Origin: an uncultured Verrucomicrobiae bacterium
GTDB lineage: Bacteria > Verrucomicrobiota > Verrucomicrobiia > Opitutales > JABDGR01
Reading direction: 5' to 3'
Assembly (NCBI GenBank): GCA_963765205.1
Contig: CAVXVB010000009.1
Coordinates: 576,001-640,000, forward strand
Length of the DNA stretch: 64,000 nt
Below the pieces are notes generated by a model, which searched no databases, was not told the DNA's origin, and was given only the letters and a program-made list of their open reading frames with translations. This document shows positions 21,501 to 32,717 of this stretch, in pieces. A program made the translations under genes and the position numbers. The number at the start of each line of letters is the position of its first letter. Position 1 is the first letter of the stretch.

Positions 21501-22418
21501 ATGTCCGCTAGCACCCTCGTCATCATCCCGACGCCCCCGCCGGCGCGGCCCGCGCCGCCCGGAGGATTCCGCGCGGCCCCGTTGCCGACCCGGCGCATCC
21601 TGCCCGGCTTCGGGTTGACGCTGGGCTATACGATTCTGTATCTAAGTTTGATTGTGTTGATTCCATTGGCGGCGGCGTTCCTCTCGGCCGCCCGACTGAC
21701 CGGGCCGGAATTCATCCACGCGGTTTGGAGCGAAGAGGTGCGCGCCGCCTTCGCCTTGAGTTTTGGCGCGGCGGCGGCCGCGGCGGCGTGCAACACGGTG
21801 GGCGGCTTTCTGTTGGCCTGGGTGCTCGTGCGCTACAATTTTCCCGGTCGCAATCTCTGCGACGCCCTGGTGGACCTCCCTTTCGCCTTGCCCACGGCCG
21901 TGGCGGGCATCGCCCTGACCGCCCTTTACGACGACCACGGCTGGATGGGCCGCCTGCTCGCGCCGCTGGGCCTCAAGGTGGCCTATACGCCGCTCGGGGT
22001 GTTTGTCGCATTGATGTTTATCAGCCTGCCCTTTGTCGTGCGCACGCTCCAGCCGGTTTTGGCCGAACTTGAGCCGGAATTAGAGGAAGCCTCGACGATG
22101 CTCGGTGCCTCGCGCGCGCAGACTTTCCGCCGGGTGCTGTTTCCGGTGCTCCTCCCGCCGTTGCTGACGGGTTTCGCGCTGTCCTTCGCGCGCGCGCTCG
22201 GCGAATATGGTTCCGTCGTGTTTATTTCCGGCAACATCCCCAACAAGACGGAAATCGTGCCGCAATTGATTTACGCGGAACTCGACAGTAACCAGGTCCC
22301 GCAAGCCACCGCCATCGCGGTGGTGATGTTGCTGATCTCTTTTCTCCTGCTGCTGGGCATCAACCTGCTCCAGCGCTGGGCTCGCCAGCGCATCGGCGCG
22401 GGCCTCACCCAAAACTGA
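21501..22418 (+). CDS. cysT: Sulfate ABC transporter permease CysT
   Basis: LPGFGLTLG, DLPFALPTAVAG, LEEASTMLGA, ARALGEYGSV. Confidence 0.95.
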   Translation: MSASTLVIIPTPPPARPAPPGGFRAAPLPTRRILPGFGLTLGYTILYLSLIVLIPLAAAFLSAARLTGPEFIHAVWSEEVRAAFALSFGAAAAAAACNTVGGFLLAWVLVRYNFPGRNLCDALVDLPFALPTAVAGIALTALYDDHGWMGRLLAPLGLKVAYTPLGVFVALMFISLPFVVRTLQPVLAELEPELEEASTMLGASRAQTFRRVLFPVLLPPLLTGFALSFARALGEYGSVVFISGNIPNKTEIVPQLIYAELDSNQVPQATAIAVVMLLISFLLLLGINLLQRWARQRIGAGLTQN

Positions 22419-22436
22419 CCGCGCCCATTTCCCGCC

Positions 22437-23318
22437 ATGGCCACCGCCAGCCCAACCCTTGCCCAACGCGCCGGCCTCGCCGCGCCGCCGCGCCCCGCCA
22501 CGAGCGAGCCGGCGTGGCTCCGGCGCGCACTCATCGCGGCGGCCCTCGCTTTCTTCGGGGTGTTTTTGGTGCTGCCGCTGCTCATCGTGTTCATCGAGGC
22601 CTTTCGCGCCGGGGTGGGCGCTTATTTCGATTCGTTGGGCGACGCCGACAATTGGGCCGCCATCAAGCTCACGCTGCTTATTGCCGTCATCGCTGTTCCG
22701 CTCAATACGTTGTTTGGAATCGCCGCCGCCTGGGCCATCGCCAAATACCACTTCCCCGGGCGGAGCCTGCTGCTGACGCTGGTGGATTTGCCTTTCGCCG
22801 TTTCGCCGGTTATCTCGGGCCTCGTTTATGTGCTGCTGTTCGGACGGACGGGCTGGCTGGGGTCGTGGCTCGGCGCGCACGGCATCAAAATCATTTTTGC
22901 GGTGCCCGGCATGGTGCTCGCCACCGTGTTTGTCACGTTTCCGTTTGTAGCGCGCGAACTCATCCCCCTCATGGAAGCGCAGGGCAATGACGAGGAATTT
23001 GCCGCGCTTACCCTCGGCGCGAATGGCTGGCAGACGTTTTGGCGCGTCACTCTGCCCAACATCAAATGGGGCCTCTTTTACGGCGTGGTCTTGTGCAATG
23101 CGCGCGCCATGGGCGAATTTGGCGCGGTTTCCGTCGTTTCCTCGCAAATCGCCGGGTTGACGAACACGCTGCCTCTGCAAATCAAAAACCTCAGCGAGAC
23201 CGCCGGCGTCGGCGCATTTGCCTGCGCCTCGCTGCTGGCCCTTCTGGCGCTGGCCACGATGATCATTAAAAGTTTTATCGAATGGCTCTACGCGCGAAAC
23301 GAAAAAGCCGCCGATTGA
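22437..23318 (+). CDS. cysW: Sulfate ABC transporter permease CysW
   Basis: [39 protein letters not shown]. Confidence 0.95.
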   Translation: MATASPTLAQRAGLAAPPRPATSEPAWLRRALIAAALAFFGVFLVLPLLIVFIEAFRAGVGAYFDSLGDADNWAAIKLTLLIAVIAVPLNTLFGIAAAWAIAKYHFPGRSLLLTLVDLPFAVSPVISGLVYVLLFGRTGWLGSWLGAHGIKIIFAVPGMVLATVFVTFPFVARELIPLMEAQGNDEEFAALTLGANGWQTFWRVTLPNIKWGLFYGVVLCNARAMGEFGAVSVVSSQIAGLTNTLPLQIKNLSETAGVGAFACASLLALLALATMIIKSFIEWLYARNEKAAD

Positions 23319-23358
23319 GTTTTTCCATTTTCCCTCTTCCCTTTTCCATTCTTTGTCC

Positions 23359-24435
23359 ATGAGCATCCACGCGGTCAACATTCGCAAGACCTTCGGCCAT
23401 TTTGTTGCGCTTGAGAACCTGGAATTAAAGGTTCCCGCGGGCCGCTTGGTCGCGCTGCTCGGGCCCTCGGGCAGCGGCAAGACAACGCTGCTGCGCGTCC
23501 TTGCGGGCCTCGAATACGCCGACCCCGGCAGCAACGGGCGCGTGTATCTGCATGGCCAGGACGTGACGAATACGCCGCCTGGCGAGCGCGGGGTCGGCTT
23601 TGTCTTTCAGCATTACGCGCTCTTCCGCCATCTCACGATTTTCGAAAATGTCGCCTTTGGCCTCAAGGTTCGCGGACGCAAAACCCGCCCGCCCAAGGCG
23701 GAAATCGCGAAGCGGGTAAATGATCTGCTTGAACTGGTGCAACTGCCCGGCATCGCCCACCGCCGCCCGCACCAGCTTTCCGGCGGCCAGCGGCAGCGCG
23801 TGGCCTTGGCCCGCGCCCTCGCCACCGAGCCGAAGGTGCTGCTCCTCGACGAGCCGTTCGGCGCGCTCGACGCCAAAGTGCGCAAGGAACTGCGCCGCTG
23901 GTTGCGCCGCTTTCATGAACAAGTGCAGTTGACCACCGTCTTCGTCACGCACGATCAGGAGGAGGCCCTCGAACTGGCCGACGAGGTCGTTGTGATGAAT
24001 AACGCGCGCATCGAGCAGGTCGGGCCGCCGCAGGAGGTTTACGATAACCCCGCCACGCCGTTTGTTTTCGAGTTCCTGGGCAATGTCAACCGCCTCGAAT
24101 TGACGGCGGTGCCCAACGCGCCGCCCGAGGCCACGCCCGCGCAAGGCGCCGTCACCTACGTCCGCCCGCACGACATCGAGCTGCTGCGCGAGCCGGCCCC
24201 CGACACCATTCCCGTCATCGTTCACCACATTTTTGCCGCTGGCGCCGGCGCGCGCGTGCAAGTCGTCGGCAACAAGACCGGCGAGTGGTTCGACGTCGAG
24301 CTGACCCGCTACGACCTCGATAAATTAAAACCCCGCTACGCCGAAATGGTTTACGCCCGTCTGCGCCGCCCGCGCATTTTCACCAAGGCGCCCATCCCGC
24401 CGCCAGCGGCGGGCGGTGACCAAATTAACAAGTAG
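23359..24435 (+). CDS. cysA: Sulfate ABC transporter ATP-binding protein CysA
   Basis: [35 protein letters not shown]. Confidence 0.95.
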   Translation: MSIHAVNIRKTFGHFVALENLELKVPAGRLVALLGPSGSGKTTLLRVLAGLEYADPGSNGRVYLHGQDVTNTPPGERGVGFVFQHYALFRHLTIFENVAFGLKVRGRKTRPPKAEIAKRVNDLLELVQLPGIAHRRPHQLSGGQRQRVALARALATEPKVLLLDEPFGALDAKVRKELRRWLRRFHEQVQLTTVFVTHDQEEALELADEVVVMNNARIEQVGPPQEVYDNPATPFVFEFLGNVNRLELTAVPNAPPEATPAQGAVTYVRPHDIELLREPAPDTIPVIVHHIFAAGAGARVQVVGNKTGEWFDVELTRYDLDKLKPRYAEMVYARLRRPRIFTKAPIPPPAAGGDQINK

Positions 24436-24459
24436 CAAATTGGGGCCTTTTTCGTAGCG

Positions 24460-24703
24460 CGTTTCCACTTCGTGTTCCTGCCCCCTTATGCTCCGCAGTT
24501 AAATCCGGTCGAGGGCGTGTGGAGCTGGCTCAAACGCAATCCCCTCGCCAACTACGCCCCCGTGGACGCCGCAGAACTAAACCGCCACGCCCACGGCCAC
24601 GCCCGCACCCTCCAGCGACGACCCAATCTCCTGCGCGCCTTCCTCAATCACAGTCCCCTTTTTGTCGGCCTCCAATAGGACTTTACTTATGCAGGTATCA
24701 ATA
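24460..24703 (+). mobile_element. IS630-family remnant (transposase C-terminus and right end)
   Basis: RFHFVFLPPYAPQLNPVEGVWSWLK motif; ends acttatgcaggtatcaa followed by TA. Confidence 0.8.
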
Positions 24704-25009
24704 GCCCGCGCTTCTCCGTGATTCGCGCAATCCAGAACGCGGGCTAAAGCACCGCGCTACGATACAAGCAAATTGACATGTTATTGCTTGAAACAATTAT
24801 CTCATGTTGTATGTTTTCGAGATGGCCCGCCGTTTCATTTTGCAAAACGCCAAGACCTTAAGCGCAGAGGATTTTTGTCCCGCTGCGGGACGAGAAGCGG
24901 CCACGCTTGGTGAATTGGAAAAAATGATGCATGAACTTGAAGGCATCGGGGCTGGACCTAAACGTTTACGAATATCGGCATCGCGACGAGGGCGCAGCAA
25001 ACGGCCTGA

Positions 25010-25158
25010 TAGAGAACCATGAGCACTCGTTTGCCATTACGATGATGTTTCACAACTTCTGCCGGATTCACAAGACGCTCCGCGTCACCTCGGCCATGGA
25101 GGCCGGACTGACTGACCACGTTTGGGAGATTACGGAAGTTGTTGCGCTGCTAGACTAA
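25010..25158 (+). pseudogene. C-terminal remnant of an IS1-like DDE transposase
   Basis: ENHEHSFAITMMFHNFCRIHKTLRVTSAMEAGLTDHVW resembles the conserved tail of these transposases; rest of gene absent. Confidence 0.65.
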
Positions 25159-25178
25159 AAGGGTATAGAGAAGGCGGC

Positions 25179-25484
25179 ATGAAGCCTAAAAACTTCATTT
25201 TGATTACCCTTTCCGTTGCCATCGTGAGCGTTGGCAACGGATGCTTCACGCAGTCAGAGCCGCCTGCGGCGGTGGAAAATGCCTATGAAGGACAGAAAAA
25301 CGCACCAGCGAAAGAATTACTGGAACAAATACAAGCCCGGGACAAAGAGATCCAAATGGAGAGACAAATGCTCGAAATTGACTCCCCCGGCGCCGAATAC
25401 GTCTCCGAGGTCCCGGCAAATGGCTATAAGAAAATTAATGGCCGGTGGTTTTTCATTGAGCCAATCGCAAGTGACACAAATTGA
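25179..25484 (+). CDS. Small hypothetical protein, possible lipoprotein
   Basis: MKPKNFILITLSVAIVSVGNGC signal with a Cys. Confidence 0.55.
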   Translation: MKPKNFILITLSVAIVSVGNGCFTQSEPPAAVENAYEGQKNAPAKELLEQIQARDKEIQMERQMLEIDSPGAEYVSEVPANGYKKINGRWFFIEPIASDTN

Positions 25485-25562
25485 AGGGTAAAATTCAAAC
25501 TGAGACACTACCGGGCTGGGCCGTTGCTTGACTCCGCGGCGCACACCCGTTCGACTATCCCC

Positions 25563-27140
25563 GTGCCTGAAGCCTACCAAGTCATTGCCCGCCGTTGGCG
25601 GCCCAAACAGTTCGACGAAATCGTCGGGCAGGAGCATATCGTGCGCACGCTTAAGAACGCCATCACGCAAAACCGCCTCGCCCACGCCTACCTTTTTGTC
25701 GGCCCGCGCGGCACCGGCAAGACGACCACCGCGCGCATCCTCGCCAAGGCGCTCAATTGCGAGGGTGGCCCGCGCGTGGACCCCGACGACAATTCGCCGC
25801 TGGCCAAGGCCATCATGGCCGGTTCGTGCATGGACGTGCAGGAGATTGACGGTGCCTCGAACAACAGCGTGGACAACGTCCGCCAGTTGCGCGAGGACTG
25901 CCAATACGCGCCCACCCAGGGGAAATTCAAAATCTACATTATTGACGAAGTCCACATGCTGTCCGCGGGCGCTTTCAACGCGCTGCTCAAGACGCTCGAA
26001 GAACCGCCGCCGCATGTGAAGTTCATCTTTGCCACGACCGAGTCGCAAAAAGTCCCCGCGACCATCGTGTCGCGCTGCCAGCGCTTCGAGTTCCGTCCCA
26101 TTCCCGACGCGCAAATCGCGGACAAGCTCGGGCAGATCGCCCAGGCGGAAAAGATCAGCGTCACGCCTGCGGCGCTGCAATCCGTCGCGCGGCTGGCCCA
26201 GGGCGGGATGCGCGACGCCCAATCCATCCTTGACCAACTTATCTCCTTTTGCGGCCAGAAGATTTCCGACGACGACGTGCTGGATGTTTACGGTCTCGCC
26301 TCCGCCGGGCAGGTGCGCCGGCTGGCCCGCGCCCTCGCCGCCACGGACTATGCCGCGCTCGTGGCCGAGGTGGACAAGCTGGCCGCCGACGGTCGCGACC
26401 TCAACCGCGTGCTCACCGACCTCGAAGCGGAATTGCGCGAGGCGCTGCTCGACGCCGTGCGCGGCAGCGGCGCCACCGAGCGCCTGGGCGCGCCCACCCG
26501 CGCCGACTCATTGCTCCGCATTCTGGAAACCCTCCACGCTGGCGAGGATTCCGTGCGCACCGGCCTGAACGAACGCGTGAATTTTGAAGTCCTCCTCCTG
26601 CGCGCGGCAGAGCAGGGGCGAACGCGGGCTATTGATTCGCTGTTGCAAGACCTCACGGAACTCTCCGCCGGCCTCCCCCAGGAAGCCGGCCAAAAAAAAA
26701 TAAACGCGCCGCGCCTTCCCGTCCCGGTCACACCGCCGCCTGTGGAATTCGCCACCACCCGCGCCCATGTCCTGGAAGAAGCCGCGCCCGCACCAGTGCT
26801 GCCCATTGCCGCAAAATCCGCCCTGCAGCCAACCACGAAGACCGAAGCCATCGAGGCTTATCAGCGGCTCCCGGCGTCCACGCGTCAATTATTGGAAGGC
26901 GAGTTACACGCCACGGTGCGCGGGCTGCGTTCTTTGCCCTCCCGCCGGGAGGCTGATTTTTTACGGGATGGCGGCGGGCGGCTTCACGGTCACATAGATA
27001 AATCCGCCGGCGCTCCAGGTCTGGACGCGAAAACCATCCACGGTGCTATCATACATTTCTGGCGTGACTCGTGGGCTGGGAACTCGGCTTGGTTGAGAAT
27101 AAACAAATGCGTGATTACCGCGCCGGTTTGCACGATGTAA
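25563..27140 (+). CDS. dnaX: DNA polymerase III subunit gamma/tau; true 3' end uncertain (possibly about 26956)
   Basis: [63 protein letters not shown] start. Confidence 0.95.
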   Translation: MPEAYQVIARRWRPKQFDEIVGQEHIVRTLKNAITQNRLAHAYLFVGPRGTGKTTTARILAKALNCEGGPRVDPDDNSPLAKAIMAGSCMDVQEIDGASNNSVDNVRQLREDCQYAPTQGKFKIYIIDEVHMLSAGAFNALLKTLEEPPPHVKFIFATTESQKVPATIVSRCQRFEFRPIPDAQIADKLGQIAQAEKISVTPAALQSVARLAQGGMRDAQSILDQLISFCGQKISDDDVLDVYGLASAGQVRRLARALAATDYAALVAEVDKLAADGRDLNRVLTDLEAELREALLDAVRGSGATERLGAPTRADSLLRILETLHAGEDSVRTGLNERVNFEVLLLRAAEQGRTRAIDSLLQDLTELSAGLPQEAGQKKINAPRLPVPVTPPPVEFATTRAHVLEEAAPAPVLPIAAKSALQPTTKTEAIEAYQRLPASTRQLLEGELHATVRGLRSLPSRREADFLRDGGGRLHGHIDKSAGAPGLDAKTIHGAIIHFWRDSWAGNSAWLRINKCVITAPVCTM

Positions 27141-27844
27141 TGGGTGATCGAATGGGTGGTCCAAACTTCCGCAGACACCGATCGAGGCGTCGCGCCGTTG
27201 GGAGAGGAGGCCAGGCCAAGCGGATCCGGCGGGTTGGGCGCGTGGTTGGCGGCCAAGTATTGCTGCATGTCCGCGAGCGTCTGGCCCGCGGGCGGCGGTG
27301 GTGCGAGCGCCGCCAGTTGCGCGGCGTAATGGGTGAAGGCGGGTAATTGCGCTTCGGCCAGGCCGCCGGATTTCGAGGAGACCGGCAGCACCGACAGCAG
27401 CGCCAGCAAAAAGATGACCAGCAGGGCCACGGACAGAACTGCCGCGCGCCACCACCAGGTCGGCGAAGACCCGCGTGTCGGTTCATCGTCCAGCCGCAAG
27501 TCTGCGGCCAGCGCAGCCACCGCCGATTTTTTGGGATTAGGTTCGTCCGCGATGGCGGGCAGTTCCGCCAAAGGTTCGCCGGTGGATTCCGCGATCAGGC
27601 GGCTCGCAAAAAAAATTGTCGCACCCCCGCGCATGATGGTCGCCGCAAGTTCTCCCGGCGGCGCCAGCGCGGCGAGTTTCCGGCTGAATTGCCGGTCGAA
27701 ATTCTTTTCCTGCGCCCACCAGGCGCCCAATTTCGAATCGTTCTCGGCCAGGCCCAGCGCCTCGCCCACGCCGGGCACCTCCGGGTTCGTCTCGTCGTCG
27801 GGCGGGCACAGGTTGAGTATCGCTTTCGCTTCGTCGGGGGTCAT
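26961..27844 (-). CDS. Membrane anti-sigma factor-like protein, frameshift near 27075
   Basis: [10 protein letters not shown]...EAL...L.AWW..E..FD N-terminus, one TM, directly downstream of an ECF sigma; plausible C-terminus in ORF 26961..27455. Confidence 0.7.
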
Positions 27845-27856
27845 GGCCAAGGGTAA

Positions 27857-28357
27857 TCAGGTTGGGGTGGACCGGTCGGAAATGATCTTCTTGAGCTGGG
27901 CTTTGCCTGCGGCCACGCGCGTGAAGATCTCTTTGATCGGCAGGTTCAACGCCCCGGCGATTTCCGCGTAGCTCAGGTCGTGCAAATAAAAGAGCGCCAG
28001 CGGGGCGCGCAACTTCTCTTCCAGGTGCGCGAATGCCGCCGCCGCGCTGGGGCCGTCCAATGCCGCGATAAATTCCGGGATGGCTAACGGTAGCGCACCC
28101 GGCGGCGTGGACGGCGTCTCGGGATGCGGCGCGCTGCGCTGGCGGAGAAACTCGTTATGCAGCGTGGCGTAGAGCCACGGTTTGATCCGGGTTCCAGCGG
28201 GCAGCGTGGCGCCCTTGTTGGCGTAGAGGAAAAACGTGTGCTGCGTGAGGTCGCAAGCCGTCTGCTCATCATGGGCCAGGCAATAGGCAAACCGATAGAG
28301 GCCGGCGAAATGGTTTTCCACCAGTTTCTTGAAATTGAGCGACTGCGTGCGGGACAT
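27857..28357 (-). CDS. ECF sigma factor
   Basis: LYRFAYCL...ACDLTQHTF, WLYATLHN, LFYLHDLSYAEIAGAL; ATG at 28357. Confidence 0.9.
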   Translation of the reverse strand: MSRTQSLNFKKLVENHFAGLYRFAYCLAHDEQTACDLTQHTFFLYANKGATLPAGTRIKPWLYATLHNEFLRQRSAPHPETPSTPPGALPLAIPEFIAALDGPSAAAAFAHLEEKLRAPLALFYLHDLSYAEIAGALNLPIKEIFTRVAAGKAQLKKIISDRSTPT

Positions 28358-28525
28358 GGGCGCGCGAAAGGAAATTTCCCTGCCAGCCGGAAAATGGGGG
28401 TAAAAACCAGCACGGGCGGAGCGTTTCATCGGTATCGCGGGGCGGGGGGTATGGCAAACGAATTGTGCGTCTGCCAGGGGTGGTTTTGGCTTGTTGGCAA
28501 CGTGGCCGTGAGGTAACGTGGGGCG

Positions 28526-29368
28526 ATGTCCGTTCCCCTGCATTGGCATAACGAGCCCTTGCTGCTCCTCAGCCTGTTGTTTTCTGGCTGGATTTATGCC
28601 GTCGGTGCCGGGCCGTTGCGCGCGCGCCTCGCGCCGCCGGGCACGCCTTATCCAGTTGGAAAGGCCGTGGCGTTTTTTGCCGGCCTGGTCTTGAACTACC
28701 TTGCCGTCGGCTCGCCGCTCGACCAGTTCGGCGAGGATTACCTCTTCAGCGTCCACATGGTGCAACACCTCATTATTGTCTACATCACGCCGCCCTTGCT
28801 CTTGTGGGGGTTGCCGTGGTGGCTGGTGGACACGGTGCTCGCGCGGCCCTGGATCAAGGCCATCGCCCGGCCACTGCTGCACCCGGCGGTGTGCTGCATG
28901 GCCTTCGTGCTTACCTTTGCGCTTTGGCATCTGCCGGAGTTGTATGAAGCCGCTCTGCGCAGCCGGCCCATTCATATCCTCGAGCACCTGACGATTTTCT
29001 TCACCGCCCTGCAAATGTGGTGGCTGTTCCTCAGCCCCTCGCGCGTGCTGCCCCCCTGCAACTACCCGGTGCGGATGGTCTGCGCGTTCATCCTCATGGC
29101 CGCGCACATGCCCATTCTCGGCCTGCTCGCCTTTTCCGACGACCCCCTCTACCGCACCTACGAACTCGCCCCCCGCATCATCCAAAATTTCGACGCGATG
29201 GACGACCAGCGCACCGGCGCCGCCATCATGGAAATGAGCGCCGCCATCGTCTCCGTTGCCCTCCTCGGCGGGAGCCTCTGGGGTTGGATGAAGGAAGACG
29301 ACCACCGTCAGGCCCGGCCCCCCGCTTCTAATATTCTGAAGACAGTGTGCTTAAATCCGCTATCGTAA
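28526..29368 (+). CDS. ctaG: Cytochrome c oxidase assembly factor CtaG (caa3 type)
   Basis: SPLD...YLFSVHMVQHL, WHLPELY, HILEH, DDQRTG. Confidence 0.85.
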   Translation: MSVPLHWHNEPLLLLSLLFSGWIYAVGAGPLRARLAPPGTPYPVGKAVAFFAGLVLNYLAVGSPLDQFGEDYLFSVHMVQHLIIVYITPPLLLWGLPWWLVDTVLARPWIKAIARPLLHPAVCCMAFVLTFALWHLPELYEAALRSRPIHILEHLTIFFTALQMWWLFLSPSRVLPPCNYPVRMVCAFILMAAHMPILGLLAFSDDPLYRTYELAPRIIQNFDAMDDQRTGAAIMEMSAAIVSVALLGGSLWGWMKEDDHRQARPPASNILKTVCLNPLS

Positions 29369-29420
29369 ATTTGGAAGGTTAAGCTGCATCTGTGTTGGCA
29401 CTTGGAATGGGGGGTCTGGC

Positions 29421-30152
29421 TCAAATCTGATAATCCGCGCGGCCATTGGATTCGTGCAGCCCGCATTCGCGTTTGACGCCGTTGAAGCGCGTGTCCTCGG
29501 CGGTCTGCCCGGCGGTGAGGGGCGCGCTGCTGTGGGCGTCGCCGACGGAGACGTAGCCCTTTTCCCACAAGGGGTGGTAGGGGAGCCCGTGCTTCGTCAG
29601 ATATTGGTAAACGTCGCGCTCGCTCCAATCCAGGATGGGGTGGATTTTGTAGGTGCGCTTTTGCAACTGGACGATGTCGAGGTGCTCGCGCGTGCGCGAT
29701 TGCGCGCGGCGCAGGCCGGCCAGCCAGGCGGTCGCGCCCAGTTCCTGCATCGCGCGGTTCATCGGCTCGACCTTGTTCAGGAAATTGTATTTTTCGAGGC
29801 CCTCGCGGCCCTGCTCCCAGAGGCGGCCATGCAGGGCTTCCTGGCGCGCGGCGGTCATCGCGGCCTGATAAACCTTGAGGTTGAGCCGGAGCCGGCCTGT
29901 CAATTCGTCGGCAAAACGGTAGGTTTCGGGAAAGAGATAACCCGTGTCCACAAAGACCACCGGAATTTCCGGCTCGATTTGCGTCACCAAATGCAGCATG
30001 ACGGCGGACTGGATGCCAAAACTCGTACTCAGGATCAACCGGCCGCCAAATTGCTCGACCGCCCAGCGCACGCGCTCTTCCGCCGGGAGCCGTTCCAGGC
30101 GCTCGCTTTCCGCCGGCAGCATCTTCGGGTGCAGCAATGTGGCAGTGTCCAT
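29421..30152 (-). CDS. cysH: Phosphoadenosine phosphosulfate reductase
   Basis: [33 protein letters not shown]-terminal RECGLH. Confidence 0.95.
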   Translation of the reverse strand: MDTATLLHPKMLPAESERLERLPAEERVRWAVEQFGGRLILSTSFGIQSAVMLHLVTQIEPEIPVVFVDTGYLFPETYRFADELTGRLRLNLKVYQAAMTAARQEALHGRLWEQGREGLEKYNFLNKVEPMNRAMQELGATAWLAGLRRAQSRTREHLDIVQLQKRTYKIHPILDWSERDVYQYLTKHGLPYHPLWEKGYVSVGDAHSSAPLTAGQTAEDTRFNGVKRECGLHESNGRADYQI

Positions 30153-30516
30153 GGCCTTAATATGACTATCTTGGGTAAGATAGTAAACAATAAAATTGTT
30201 TTTTGCAATCAACATGTTTATAAAAAACATCTTGCAAGATTATTTTTTGGATAAATCCAGCAATCTCTATCGAATATATCGGGGTAAGTTGCTGGTAGAT
30301 TGATCGTCCCTGGGTGCGTTGACCCGAGGTAGCTCGCTCCTCGCAACCCCGGGCTGGATGAGGGCAGTCCCGGTCGAATTGCTCTGGCCGATTTACGGAT
30401 ACCACGCACAGAACACTTTTGGCTTATAACAACGGCATCGCTGCAATGATGAGCACTACAGCTAAAGTCTAGAAGCTTTCCATAAATGGTATAATATCCT
30501 GCCAGCCGCAAAAGTT

Positions 30517-30993
30517 TTACTGGAAACCAATATCAGCAACCTGCACTTGAATCGAACTGACATCTTTAAGCCGCACCTTCCCGTCAGAACTGGTAGTTGT
30601 CGCGCCATTACGCCCTACGGTATCTTTCGGAATTGTAGTAAATGTCGTGCTGGTATGCGGCGGGCAATTGACAGTAAACATAAAATCTAGATAATGCGGC
30701 CAATACGGGAGCGCGTTTCCTTTAGCGTCAAAGCACTGAAATGTTAGAGTGATTGTCTTGATGGCTTTGTCAGATTTATTGTAAAGAGTTCCAGAAATAT
30801 TACAGTAATTAGACTCGTTGTTGTAGGCTGCCATATCAGAGAAGATCATAAGAGCCGCATCTCTATGCTTTTCATAAATCGCCAAAAGTGAATTCCCCGA
30901 AACCAATAATAACCTTGCTCGCATAAAAATGACCCGGCAAAAATACGCGGAAACAACAATGCCAACAATGTAGAAAATGGTTCTGCGGTTCAT
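30517..30993 (-). CDS. Hypothetical membrane-anchored protein, FxLYD-like domain
   Basis: N-terminal TM; ISGTLYNKSDK...TFQCFDAKGN; AT-rich. Confidence 0.6.
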   Translation of the reverse strand: MNRRTIFYIVGIVVSAYFCRVIFMRARLLLVSGNSLLAIYEKHRDAALMIFSDMAAYNNESNYCNISGTLYNKSDKAIKTITLTFQCFDAKGNALPYWPHYLDFMFTVNCPPHTSTTFTTIPKDTVGRNGATTTSSDGKVRLKDVSSIQVQVADIGFQ

Positions 30994-31215
30994 TTTGCGA
31001 TTGGTTTATGTCTGGAAAATTAACTCCTACGCCAGACCCCGGCAACCCAAAAGGGTCAAATCCCTGCCAGTTCTATCCGATTTGTGTCTTAATGGAATTA
31101 AAAATTAGGGAACTATATACAAAGTTACCCTAAGCCGGAAACCGGGTCTGGCAACCCTAAGCTGCGCCAGCCCCAAACGTAGGGAGTTAAAAAGTGTATT
31201 GGAGGGAAATGAAAA

Positions 31216-31665
31216 CTATTTCCGCTCTTCTTGTGGAATTTCTGTTCCGTCTGCTTGAAACATCTTTATGGCTTCCATTATTTGTGCGTCGGTGGGTCTG
31301 GATACGCCTTTTAAGACTACCAGATAGTGCAAAGCAGCCAGAACATTATTCTCGGTTTTGGCGTGCTTTTTTGTCGTCTTCTTGGCAAAAAGCCCTTGTG
31401 AAATCAATGCTGCCGGTGGGTTATTTAACAGTTCCAGAATATCATCCATTGCCTTGGAACAAAAACTGGATTTTTTGGCATCGTTATATTTCGTATTAAG
31501 ATACCTAGAAAAGACTTCCTTGGATTCAGTAGGTTTTGAATTTGGGCCTAGTCCTCTGACTAGGACTAAATATACCTCGTAATCTTCTGAAAATTTAGTG
31601 AAAGGATAGTCTATGGCTAAATTACTTCCATCCGTAATCTTTTCCAATGCCTCTTTAAACCCCAC
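31216..31665 (-). CDS. Hypothetical passenger protein
   Basis: 149-aa ORF directly downstream of the transposase, same strand. Confidence 0.55.
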   Translation of the reverse strand: MGFKEALEKITDGSNLAIDYPFTKFSEDYEVYLVLVRGLGPNSKPTESKEVFSRYLNTKYNDAKKSSFCSKAMDDILELLNNPPAALISQGLFAKKTTKKHAKTENNVLAALHYLVVLKGVSRPTDAQIMEAIKMFQADGTEIPQEERK

Positions 31666-31697
31666 GCCAAGGGGTTAATGTATTTTTCTTGGTCTGC

Positions 31698-32657
31698 TCA
31701 TATAGGAAGGGTGTTTTTCGTGAGTCTTTTATAGCCCAACTGATTGCTCATGGCAACCTTTTCCACGGTATCGGAAAAGACAGTTTGTAGGCCATCTTTG
31801 CGACGGTTAAAACGATAGGCAAATTCGTCAACATACCGTTGCAAATGCTTGCGACTCATTGAATGGTAAATGCCGTAATACCCGCGCTTGAACAAGGCCC
31901 AAAAGGATTCAATGGTATTGGAATGGACATCGCCCCTTCTGACATACTGGCCGTCCTTGTGCTTTAGAATCTTGTGTCGGTAGAACTCTCCCATTTTGGA
32001 GTAGGCCAGAAAATCATCAGTGTAGAGATTTGAGCCAAATTCGACATTGGCCTTAATATGGCCTTGAACCGTGGTCTTTTGGACATCGTTGGCTACGATG
32101 GCGCGGATTTCCCCATTTCGTTGCACCGCGCCCAAAATAGGGGCCTTGGTGAGCGTATTACGGCCCTGTGTGCCTTTTACACGCTTGCTGGCGTGCTTGT
32201 TCTTCTCTTTGCCGCCAATGTAGGTCTCATCGGCTTCCACCGTGCCAGAGAGCTTGCTTCCCCCGAAGCTGCCTTGTTTCATAGCTTCCCTAATCCGGTG
32301 ATCCATAAACCAGCCCGTCTTTTGCGTAACCCCGACCTGTTGGGCAAGCTGGACAGAGGAAATGCCCTTGCGGGAGGTTGAAAGCAGGTAGAGGGCAATA
32401 AACCACTTTTGCAGGGGTAGCTTGCTCTCCCCGAACACTGTTCCGGTCTTAATGGTGAAGTCCTGTTTACAGTTCGCGCAACGATACCGCTTACCGTCCT
32501 TAAATAGGTGAATTTTCTTGCCGTTACAATGAGGGCAATACTCGCCATTGCGGAACCTGATAGCTGCAAAGTGCTTACGGCACGCTTCATCGTCCTTAAA
32601 GTGAGCAAGGAATTCGGCCAGCGTGTCGAAGTGGAAATCTAGTGGGTTAGTATTCAT
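31698..32657 (-). CDS. IS1595-family transposase
   Basis: Zn ribbon CPHC...C..C, GISSVQLA HTH, VEADETYIGG, YTDD, NTIESFW, YVDEFAYRFN. Confidence 0.96.
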   Translation of the reverse strand: MNTNPLDFHFDTLAEFLAHFKDDEACRKHFAAIRFRNGEYCPHCNGKKIHLFKDGKRYRCANCKQDFTIKTGTVFGESKLPLQKWFIALYLLSTSRKGISSVQLAQQVGVTQKTGWFMDHRIREAMKQGSFGGSKLSGTVEADETYIGGKEKNKHASKRVKGTQGRNTLTKAPILGAVQRNGEIRAIVANDVQKTTVQGHIKANVEFGSNLYTDDFLAYSKMGEFYRHKILKHKDGQYVRRGDVHSNTIESFWALFKRGYYGIYHSMSRKHLQRYVDEFAYRFNRRKDGLQTVFSDTVEKVAMSNQLGYKRLTKNTLPI

Positions 32658-32717
32658 TCTGGCATCAGCTTACCCCAAAATATGGGGTTGTCAAGTGCCA
32701 AAATGAAGATTTTTGAC

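Noticed and set aside
28358..29305. Long N-terminal extension of the ECF sigma (482-aa ORF)
   Set aside because: Antisense to ctaG; sigma homology begins at the ATG at 28357
30322..30355. REP-like hairpin upstream of cysH
   Set aside because: Single degenerate copy in this window, so repeat status cannot be shown
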